The notes beneath the pieces are model-generated. The model worked only from the letters and a program-made list of their open reading frames with translations. It made no database searches and had not been told where the DNA came from. The position numbers and the translations under genes are program-made. A stretch of DNA of 62,985 bases, the filler included, from Octopus bimaculoides (taxonomy: Eukaryota): the NCBI RefSeq assembly GCF_001194135.2. It is 5 parts of 5 records of this genome, joined end to end, with 100 filler letters (N's around TTAATTAATTAA, not from the genome) between each part and the next. Parts side by side here need not be neighbours in the genome. Positions count along the whole stretch, not along the records: positions 54,090 to 59,844 come from NC_068988.1; positions 59,945 to 61,487 come from NW_026315241.1; positions 61,588 to 62,985 come from NW_026391812.1; 2 more parts are not named here. One strand, given 5' to 3'. Shown here piece by piece: positions 53,990-62,985 of this stretch (position 1 is the first letter of the stretch; every line of letters begins with the position of its first letter).

Positions 53990-54967
53990 NNNNNNNNNNN
54001 NNNNNNNNNNNNNNNNNNNNNNNNNNNNNNNNNTTAATTAATTAANNNNNNNNNNNNNNNNNNNNNNNNNNNNNNNNNNNNNNNNNNNNCCACCGCTAGC
54101 GCCACCGCTAGCGCCACCGCTAGCGCCAGCGCCAGCGCCACCACCTCCCCCTTCAAGTTCATGTCGTTTTATTCGCTACGCAATGAACTGAGACATTGAC
54201 GACGACGACGACAACATCATCGGAGGCAGTCATAATGATGGTGAAGTCTTACACAAGCCCAAAGCCCGGGAATGTTTCCGATGAAAGAGGAATCAGATAT
54301 GAAACCATAATCTTACTTGTTAGTTAACTGTAATGACCCCCGGGAAGGCAAGCCAGCCAAACCCTCCCTCTGTATGTTCCCCCTCCTCCTCCTCTCTCCT
54401 CTCTCTATTTATCCATCCATCCATCTATACATACAGACATACATACATACATAGATGTATATAAGGATACATATTCTTATTACACACACACACACAGATA
54501 TACACACACTAGACACGCACAGACACACACACAGACACACACACATATACACGCACATGTATGGATGCATTATGTTATCTGTCTCAATCATTTGACTACG
54601 GCCATGCCGGAGCACCACTGTGAAGGATTTTAGTTGAAGAAATCGACCCCAAAGCTTATTTTTTTAAGTATTGGACTTATTCTATCGGGATTTTTGCCGA
54701 NNNNNNNNNNNNNNNNNNNNNNNNNNNNNNNNNNNNNNNNNNNNNNNNNNNNNNNNNNNNNNNNNNNNNNNNNNNNNNNNNNNNNNNNNNNNNNNNNNNN
54801 NNNNNNNNNNNNNNNNNNNNNNNNNNNNNNNNNNNNNNNNNNNNNNNNNNNNNNNNNNNNNNNNNNNNNNNNNNNNNNNNNNNNNNNNNNNNNNNNNNNN
54901 NNNNNNNNNNNNNNNNNNNNNNNNNNNNNNNNNNNNNNNNNNNNNNNNNNNNNNNNNNNNNNGAAAC

Positions 54968-55000
<33 letters not shown>

Positions 55001-55001
55001 C

Positions 55002-55036
<35 letters not shown>

Positions 55037-55264
55037 CAGACAGACACAGACACCCCCCCCCCACATATCACGCACACTCACATGTATACGTCAATACATA
55101 CATATATTACATACCCGCACGTACGCATATACTTCAGTGAATCTTCAATTTAATGTTCAAGGTTACATAAAAACAAGCATGTGTGTGTCTGTCTGTCTGT
55201 GTATGTGTGTGCCTGTGTAAGTGCGTGAATGACTATATACACATACACATACAAACACAGACAC

Positions 55265-55347
<83 letters not shown>

Positions 55348-55431
55348 CGTCCGTCTGTCTGACTGTTCTTTTATGTATCTAAGCATATATGTATCTATCT
55401 ATCAATCTATATGGCTGTCTGTCTGTCCATC

Positions 55432-55472
<41 letters not shown>

Positions 55473-55485
55473 CACGCGCGCGCGC

Positions 55486-55531
<46 letters not shown>

Positions 55532-56543
55532 NNNNNNNNNNNNNNNNNNNNNNNNNNNNNNNNNNNNNNNNNNNNNNNNNNNNNNNNNNNNNNNNNNNNN
55601 NNNNNNNNNNNNNNNNNNNNNNNNNNNNNNNNNNNNNNNNNNNNNNNNNNNNNNNNNNNNNNNNNNNNNNNNNNNNNNNNNNNNNNNNNNNNNNNNNNNN
55701 NNNNNNNNNNNNNNNNNNNNNNNNNNNNNNNNNNNNNNNNNNNNNNNNNNNNNNNNNNNNNNNNNNNNNNNNNNNNNNNNNNNNNNNNNNNNNNNNNNNN
55801 NNNNNNNNNNNNNNNNNNNNNNNNNNNNNNNNNNNNNNNNNNNNNNNNNNNNNNNNNNNNNNNNNNNNNNNNNNNNNNNNNNNNNNNNNNNNNNNNNNNN
55901 NNNNNNNNNNNNNNNNNNNNNNNNNNNNNNNNNNNNNNNNNNNNNNNNNNNNNNNNNNNNNNNNNNNNNNNNNNNNNNNNNNNNNNNNNNNNNNNNNNNN
56001 NNNNNNNNNNNNNNNNNNNNNNNNNNNNNNNNNNNNNNNNNNNNNNNNNNNNNNNNNNNNNNNNNNNNNNNNNNNNNNNNNACACCCACTCGTATAGACA
56101 CACATATGTTCGTAGACATGCACATACACAGACACAAACATTGAAAGAAAGATTTACATTTACACATGTGGGCTTGCATATATAAACACATACGCGCACA
56201 CACACATATACGTACATACGTACATACATACATACATGCATACATACATACATACATATATATACATAAATAAAATAGCGCTTTCTGCATCATCTTCGAA
56301 ACGCCTAGTTTAGAATAGAGGCAGCTGATGAAGGAAAAGTTCCATAAGTGGCTCGTCTGTTTTCCTATGTGTTCATTCTGTTGTCCGTAAAAAAAGTCCG
56401 TTTTTTATGCTTTGTCATTGTTCCCGCTCGTATTTTGTCCACGTTTTTCGACGTCCTGTACCCGGATATGCATCTATATATACATGTAGATGTAGGTATG
56501 TACATATATGTATGTATACATGCATATGCTCATATATCTTTTG

Positions 56544-56576
<33 letters not shown>

Positions 56577-56582
<6 letters not shown>

Positions 56583-56774
56583 AGGAGATTCGTTGTAAGT
56601 ATAAGAATATACCATAAACAAGTATAAAAAATGGAGAGCTGTTGAAACAAATAGATTTATTTTAAAACTGAATTCCCAGTTTAATAATAAACCTATTTCT
56701 GTTTCAACATCTCTCCATTTTTTTAATGCTTGTTTTTCGTATATTCTTATACCTATAACGAATCTCCTCAAATA
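56577..56774. mobile_element. About 198-bp near-perfect palindromic MITE flanked by TA
   Basis: tttgaggagattcgtt...aaaactg aattcc cagttt...aacgaatctcctcaaa. Arms about 95 bp, loop about 6 nt, inserted at (TA)n, which fits Tc1/mariner-type targeting. Confidence 0.85.
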
Positions 56775-56896
56775 TCATTTTCATATTCTTATTTTCTGGT
56801 TTGGGTGATTTCCATGAATATTATGAATCCTTATTAGAAATTTGAATTGTTCTTTCAATTGTTCTTTTTGAACTTACCTTTTATCGAATATATATA

Positions 56897-57238
56897 TTAC
56901 GACGTCGAGGGTTCCAGTTGATTCGATCAATGGAACAGCCTGCTCATATTGAGTGAAAACACCTAAAGCTCCACGAGGCTCCGGCAGGGGATGGTGGCGA
57001 ACCCTACTATACTCTTCCACCACAACTTTCTCTCACTCTTTCTGTTGTACCTGTATTTCAAAGGGGCCAGCCTTGTCACACTGTGTCACGCTGAATCTCC
57101 CCGAGAACTACGTTAAGGGTACACGTGTCTGTGGAGTGCTCAGCCACTTGCACGTTAATTTCACGAGCAGGCTGTTCCGTTGATCGAATGAACTGGAACC
57201 CTCGACGTCGTAAGCGACGGAGTGCAAACAACAACAAA
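56897..57238 (+). mobile_element. 5'-truncated SINE-like element (family C, CAA tail) capped by an inverted copy of its own 3' region
   Basis: 56897-56945 is the reverse complement of 57165-57213 (47/49). The element continues past the right arm into gcgacggagtgcaaacaacaacaa. Confidence 0.7.
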
Positions 57239-57719
57239 ATGTTTGTATGTATGTATATATATCTCTACTTACTTACCTGCTTAACTACCTACCTACCTAC
57301 CTACCTACCTACCTACCTACCTACCTACTTACATACATACATACATGCATACACACATACATGCATAAACACACACACATACACACACACACACACACAT
57401 ATATATATGCATTTACGCCGAGTTTCTGAATAGTTTTCGTTAACGAAATTCGGCACTTAAGTTATTTGTCAAACAGGAGTTATCGTGGAAAGCATGTCAC
57501 AATGTGCCGTGATATAGTATCAAAATAGAAATCACGTAATTTCTAAGTGAACTTTTTGACCACTTAAACACGCCTGCACCAATACATGATAACATTGTGA
57601 ACTCTTCCATAGAAGGCATCAGACGAAGGTTCCGCGATTTCTTGCTGAGCAATCTGCCATACAGATGGAGATCGAATATTTGCGCTCTACATAATCTCAC
57701 TTCCTTCATCAATCTGATA

Positions 57720-57890
57720 TTGACCTGACAGGTGCTCGGTGTGCCACATGTTAAATGTCGAGGTGATCGTAAAGCAACCTGTTATAAGTTGTTTTGTTCA
57801 AGAACACAACGCGCAGCCCGGTCCGGGAATCGAAACCACGTTCTTGCGATCGTATGTCTAAAACCCTAGCCACTAGGTCGTGCACTGAAC
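57720..57890 (-). mobile_element. tRNA-SINE head (family D), degenerate
   Basis: Minus strand reads acctagtggctagggt...gtggtttcgattcccggaccggg; A/B-box-like. Confidence 0.6.
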
Positions 57891-57992
57891 TACATACATG
57901 CATACATACGTACATACATACATACATGCATACGTACATACATACATTCATACATACATGCATACATGCATGCATACTCTCTTTACACTTTA

Positions 57993-58207
57993 CTCTTTTA
58001 CTTGTTTCAGTCATTTGACTGCGGCCATGCTGGAGCACCGCCTTTAGTCGAGCAAATCGACCCTAGGACTTATTCTTTGTAAGCCTAGTACTTATTCTTT
58101 GTAAGCCTAGTACTTATTCTATCGGTCTCTTTTGCCGAACCGCTAAGTTACGGCGGTCGTAAACACACCAGCATCGGTTGTCAAGCGATGTTGGGGGGAC
58201 AAACACA

Positions 58208-58280
<73 letters not shown>

Positions 58281-58444
58281 GACGGGCTTCTTTCAGTTTC
58301 CGTCTACCAAATCCACTCACAAGGCTTTGGTCGGCCCATGGCTATAGTAGAAGCCAATTGCCCAAGGTGCCACGCAGTGGGACTGAACCCAGAACCATGT
58401 GGTTGGTAAGCAAGCTATTTACCACACAGCCACTCCTGCGCCTA
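57993..58444 (-). mobile_element. Full-length tRNA-SINE family B with internal (GT)n
   Basis: Head taggcgcaggagtggctgtgtggtaa, B-box gggttcagtcc, CORE-like ccttgggcaa, internal microsatellite, 3' end gactgaaacaagtaaaagag. Carries an internal 22-bp tandem duplication. Confidence 0.9.
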
Positions 58445-58539
58445 TGCATACATGCATGCATACACACATCACCCACATATTTTAACCTCGAATTAAACAG
58501 AAACCTGAAATTATGCACATTCCAAGGTCATTAGCAACA

Positions 58540-58955
58540 GCACACCTCCCATTTCTTTAACCACCTCCACCTCTACAACCACCACAACTACAACCCCCAC
58601 CACAAATACCACGATCACGACCACCACAAACACCACCACCACCACCACCACCATCGCAACTACCATCATCAAGACGACGACGACGACTACCACCACCACT
58701 AGAACTACAGACACCAGCACCACAACCACAACCACCACGACCACAATGACCACCACAATCACAAACACCACCACCACAAATGCTGCTGTCACGACCACTG
58801 CAACCACCACCACTACTACCAGCACCACAACTACCACCACCTTAATTGCAGCTACCACTACAGTGACAACCACCACCAATACCACCACCACCACCACCAC
58901 CACCACCATTACCACCACCACCATCATCATCATCATCATCGACACCACAACCACA
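58540..58955. repeat. Degenerate (ACC/ACT/ACA)n triplet array
   Basis: Direct inspection; source of the poly-Thr/poly-Val pseudo-ORFs. Confidence 0.9.
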
Positions 58956-59574
58956 AGAATCTATCGTTGAACAGCAATAGATTGGACAGTGGGCGCGAGC
59001 GCAATATATCCGAAGCGTCACATTGCACATTACATGATTCATAGATGATTGCCTGTAGCAATGTGCAGCAAGGTGATTGTTAGTTAGACAGCAACATGGC
59101 ATATTTGGACACACACACACACACACACACACATTTGTAGATAGTTTCTAATTATTTAACCGATTGCTATTTAACCTGGTATATGTCATCTGTTGGGTCA
59201 TAGCTAATCTGGGAGAGGGTGGCACTATATACAACAGTAATGAACAAGACTGTACACAAGTGAGAGAAACCATTACACGCACACTCTCTCACACACACAC
59301 ACACACACACACTCACAAACACATTCGCACGCACACATATATACGCATATACATGCGTGCATAAATATATACATACATACATACAAACACGGATACACAA
59401 ATATATTAACAGTCAAAAATGAAACAACTAAGTACAATGAATATGGTATTCGGTTAACACTGTCCGTCCGCCCGCCCGCTTGTCTGTCTGTTTGTCTGTC
59501 TGTCTATCGAATCGAATCGAATAGACAACGTTCAAAATGACAATAGCAAACAACAAGAGGACGTAATCATGGTA

Positions 59575-59650
59575 AGTATTAGTTTGACGCTCGGTAAGAA
59601 GAATGAGTTTTTGACGTTTCGAGTATATAGCTCTTCGTCGGGAAAAGGGA
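59575..59650 (-). ncRNA. Hammerhead-like repeat family H2, copy 4 (U4 mutated)
   Basis: Flank tattagtttgacgctcgg. Minus strand reads CCGACGA a GAGC tatat ACTC GAAAC GTC aaa. Confidence 0.5.
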
Positions 59651-59705
59651 ACAGGGAAAAGTTCAAAGGAGGAGAAAAATCACCAACAGCACATTGCTAT
59701 CAATC

Positions 59706-59795
<90 letters not shown>

Positions 59796-59972
59796 CCTAC
59801 CTACCTACCTACCTACCTACCTACCTATCTATCTATCTATCTAANNNNNNNNNNNNNNNNNNNNNNNNNNNNNNNNNNNNNNNNNNNNTTAATTAATTAA
59901 NNNNNNNNNNNNNNNNNNNNNNNNNNNNNNNNNNNNNNNNNNNNGCATTTCACCCTGTCTGCTAATGTTTCT

Positions 59973-60203
59973 TATTTCTTTACTGCCCACAAGGAGATAA
60001 ACATAGTGGGGACAAACAAGGACAGACAAAGGGATTAAGTCGATTACATCGACCCCTGTGTGTAACTGGTACTTAATTTATCGACTCCGAAAGGATGAAA
60101 GGCAAAGTCGACCTCGGCGCAATTTGGACTCAGAACGTAGCGGCAGACGAAATATCTCTAAGCATTTCGTCCGGCATGCTAACATTTCTGCCAGCTCACC
60201 GCC
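59973..60203 (-). mobile_element. Full-length tRNA-SINE family A
   Basis: Reverse complement of 21860-22090 with high similarity. Confidence 0.9.
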
Positions 60204-60876
60204 TTATGTTAAATCATACTCTACCATCTTAGAAACAGAGAGGGTCACGTTAGATTATATAATCATAGGTGTGTTGTATTTGGTGAGGAGGAAATTAAGA
60301 GATAATCAAACACTGGAACATTTTTGATTATAGGTCTGGTGGATCAAGCCTCGCCTGGGGTGAAACAACAACAACAACTGACTACAATAGAGAAAAGTAA
60401 ACACTATTTGAACAGGATGTGTAAATAGGTGATGTAAGTGTGTGTATGTATGTAGATATATGTTTGTGTGTGTAAGAATACGACACCATTTCTAAGAACA
60501 TTAATGTGTCTTGGAGGAGTTGCTATTCTGCTTTTCTTTCTTACTTGTGACGTTACTACTGTTACCGTTAGTGCTGATAATGGTGAATGTGGGCATTTTT
60601 AGGAAGTATTTAGTACAGCTGATGAGTTGTCAGTCTCGTTAATGAGACAACTAAATTGGTTGTCAATACACTGGCTATTGTTGATAGTGTTTTTGTTGTT
60701 GCGTCCAGGAATTGCTCTCTTACAGTAGAATGAGATTGCCACTGTCTGCATGTGTGTGAGAGCATGTTTACTTGTGTGTGTGTATGTATGTGAGTTTGTG
60801 TAGTATAAAGGTATGTATGTTTTTACATGTGTGTGTATGCAGTATGTACCTGTGTGTGCTTATACATATATGTATG

Positions 60877-60919
<43 letters not shown>

Positions 60920-60943
60920 ATGTGTGAATGTATGTTTGTATGA

Positions 60944-60977
<34 letters not shown>

Positions 60978-61026
60978 TATGAGTGTATATATGAATGTGA
61001 ATTTATGTTCGTATGAGTGTGTGTGT

Positions 61027-61074
<48 letters not shown>

Positions 61075-61726
61075 TCACTCATATATGCATGAGTGTCTGT
61101 GTGGGTTTGTTATGTGTTAATTCTGAGTCACCTGAAAAACTGGAAGTAAGAAGCCAATGAAGACAAAAACAAAACAAACAATGAGTTTAATATTTCCAAG
61201 AATATTTCTTATTACCAAACAAAAGCAACACGAAATGACATTGCTTTCCATTTCCTTATTGTTTCCTCTGCAAGTAATAATAATAATAATAATAAAAAAG
61301 TATTGGACTGGGGAATACAATAATTAATATATTTTTAAATATTTATCAGCATTTTCGTTTGCTGTTCAGTTATTTATTACCTGTCTGTTTAAAATGCTTT
61401 ATTATATTTCTTCTTTCAAAAGAAGGAGACAATCTTGAACACTTGGCTGTTTTAATTTTATTTGGGTTATTTTGTATTTTTTTTTTTNNNNNNNNNNNNN
61501 NNNNNNNNNNNNNNNNNNNNNNNNNNNNNNNTTAATTAATTAANNNNNNNNNNNNNNNNNNNNNNNNNNNNNNNNNNNNNNNNNNNNATATATATTGGAT
61601 TAAAAATTACAGATTTGTATTATATGTTTGAAGACTATATTAAGACCGTCATGTTAGAAAAATGATAAAATTTTGTGTAGAGTGACATTGTTTTTGGAGA
61701 ATTTAACCGGTTTCGCATTTTCTTTT

Positions 61727-62032
61727 CAAATTTCTCAAATTTCTTTGCCGTTGTTGTGTCATCTATTCGCTATGGTGTGATGTAGAAGAGTTTGAAACAG
61801 GAGGAGGTAATCAGGGATTTTTCGGTGTAAAGGAGTTAATGAAAATGTTGGGAATGATTGTTTTGTTAATTTAACCTGATTTGGTTTTGATAGAATAAAA
61901 TGTTAGAAATGGTTAAGTTGGTTATCTCCCTTACACTGAAAAAGTCCGATTACCTCCCCCAGTTTGGAACTCTTCTACATCACACCACAACGAATAGATG
62001 ATACAACAACGGTAAAGAAATTTGAGAATTTT
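61727..62032. mobile_element. Fold-back element/MITE with about 110-bp inverted arms
   Basis: 61727-61839 versus 61922-62032 (ctcaaatttcttt.ccgttgttgt.tcatctattcg...ggtgtgatgtagaagagtt); roughly 85% by eye; spacer about 80 nt. Confidence 0.8.
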
Positions 62033-62117
62033 CATATTGGTACAAAGGTTAGATTAATCTGTCCTAATAAATCTGATTTATGTAAAACTTAGCAAGATAA
62101 TTTTAGATAAATATATA

Positions 62118-62303
62118 CCGTTCTATATTTAAGAGATGAGGAATTATTTACATTATTTACATTATTTACATTTGACAGATATTTGTCCTCATCTTGTTTG
62201 TTGTTAACACAACGTTTCGGCTGATATACCCTCCAGCCTTCGTCAGGTGTCTTGGGGAAATTTCGAACCTGGGTTCTCATTCCTAACGATGTTAGTATTA
62301 TTA

Positions 62304-62346
<43 letters not shown>

Positions 62347-62373
62347 CAGGTCGCTGCCCTGAATCGAACTCGG
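62118..62373 (-). mobile_element. Inverted copy of PLE terminal repeat (B-box half of tRNA module + (AAT)n + hammerhead tail)
   Basis: Minus strand reads ccgagttcgattcagggcagcgacctg-(aat)n-aacatcgttaggaatgagaaccc...cttaaatatagaac. Same as 30868-31052 and 62909-62985. Confidence 0.9.
62206..62251 (-). ncRNA. Intact minimal type I hammerhead ribozyme
   Basis: GACAC CUGACGA A GGCUG-loop10-CAGCC GAAAC GUU GUGUU. All core nucleotides are present, with 5-bp stems I and II and a palindromic ACGU in place of stem III, as in known PLE minimal hammerheads. Confidence 0.75.
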
Positions 62374-62384
62374 TATTATCGGTA

Positions 62385-62744
62385 TTATCGGTGATAATGG
62401 CGAACCCATAGCTAAACCATCTTTTTGTCGATATATATCAGTGTCCATACTGAAGTAGGTAGTTTCTACACAGAAAGTCAATATTTCCATCAAGTTTGTT
62501 ATTGGTATACTAGTGCGTTCTTTCAGATGGGTGTCTGTCACTAGTTTTTCTTGAATCACCGATAGTGCTTCACCAGTTGGGAATAGACTTATCACATCTA
62601 GACTCACCATCTGGTTGGATTCAATAGGGGTATCCTTGATCAATTCTGTGAAGTGGGTGGAATTCTTCACGTATGATGTTGACTTTCCTGCTAATGGACT
62701 GATTACATCCACCAAGAAGCGGCTCAGTGGATGACTTGCTGAAC
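62385..62744 (-). mobile_element. Penelope-like reverse transcriptase fragment (uninterrupted reading frame)
   Basis: SASHPLSRFLVDVISPLAGKSTSYVKNSTHFTELIKDTPIESNQMVSLDVISLFP...EILTFCVETTYFSMDTDIYRQKDGLAMGSPLSP. This shows the PLE RT motifs IKNS, S.DV.SLF and Q.DG.AMGSPLSP. Confidence 0.95.
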
Positions 62745-62831
62745 AACAACCTCCTAAGCAGACCGAGTGCAGATATGAATCGCACATGGGAACCGGTATT
62801 GAGGAAGGATAGAAAAATAATAGATTTATAA
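62742..62831 (+). mobile_element. Probable C-terminal end of the PLE ORF (after GIY-YIG)
   Basis: NNNLLSRPSADMNRTWEPVLRKDRKIIDL* resembles PLE ORF ends (N.NR.....S..W.P.L). The fragment is short, so the assignment is partly inference. Confidence 0.55.
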
Positions 62832-62860
62832 GCCCTAAAATTCACTCCATAATTGCCCAC

Positions 62861-62985
62861 GGGCATATGGCGTAGTGGTTAAGAGCGCGGGCTACTAACC
62901 CCAAGATTCCGAGTTCGATCCACGGAAGCGACCTGAATAATAATAATAATAATAATAATATAATAATAGTAACATCGTTAGGAAT
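62861..62985 (+). promoter_or_regulatory. tRNA-derived module (Pol III A and B boxes) + (AAT)n + start of hammerhead tail, cut by window end
   Basis: GGGCATATGGCGTAGTGGTTAAGAGCGCGGGCTACTAACCCCAAGATTCCGAGTTCGATCC. A-box TGGCGTAGTGG, anticodon-like arm, B-box GTTCGATCC; no acceptor-stem pairing, so not a tRNA gene. Confidence 0.8.

Noticed and set aside
56290-56345. Permuted hammerhead-like GAAAC...CTGATGA
   Set aside because: Stems do not pair convincingly and the cleavage triplet is absent.
57500-57710. Possible mariner N-terminal (HTH) fragment on the minus strand
   Set aside because: Only weak resemblance across frameshifts and no TIR found.
58511-58970. Mucin-like poly-Thr / poly-Val ORFs
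   Set aside because: A degenerate triplet array with no flanking coding context or credible splice sites.
62861-62935. tRNA gene (also 31068-31142)
   Set aside because: A/B boxes and an anticodon-like arm are present, but there is no acceptor-stem complement, and it is embedded in a repeat.

Overview
AT-rich, microsatellite-saturated eukaryotic draft-assembly sequence with many N gaps. The repeat families look like those of a coleoid cephalopod, most likely Octopus; this is an inference from recognising the repeats, not from a database search. I cannot support any intact host protein-coding gene. Almost all ORFs in the track are artefacts of microsatellites or N runs. The recognisable content is mobile DNA: two R4/Dong-type RLE LINE fragments abutting (TAA)n, an RTE LINE with a 5' inversion, two mariner fragments, two Penelope-like element (PLE) lineages, a tandem ORF1-only L1/Tx1-like unit, a Helentron-type non-autonomous element, several tRNA-SINE families and fold-back MITEs. 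The most interesting structure is a PLE at 62118-62985. Its ORF ends 30 nt upstream of a tRNA-derived A/B-box module, which is followed by (AAT)n and a terminal repeat carrying a minimal hammerhead ribozyme. The same tRNA-plus-hammerhead module occurs without any ORF as a fold-back insertion at 30868-31328, centred on a perfect 28-bp palindrome that suggests snap-back cDNA synthesis. A second, unrelated hammerhead-bearing repeat family is present in four degenerate copies. All alignments and identities were done by eye.
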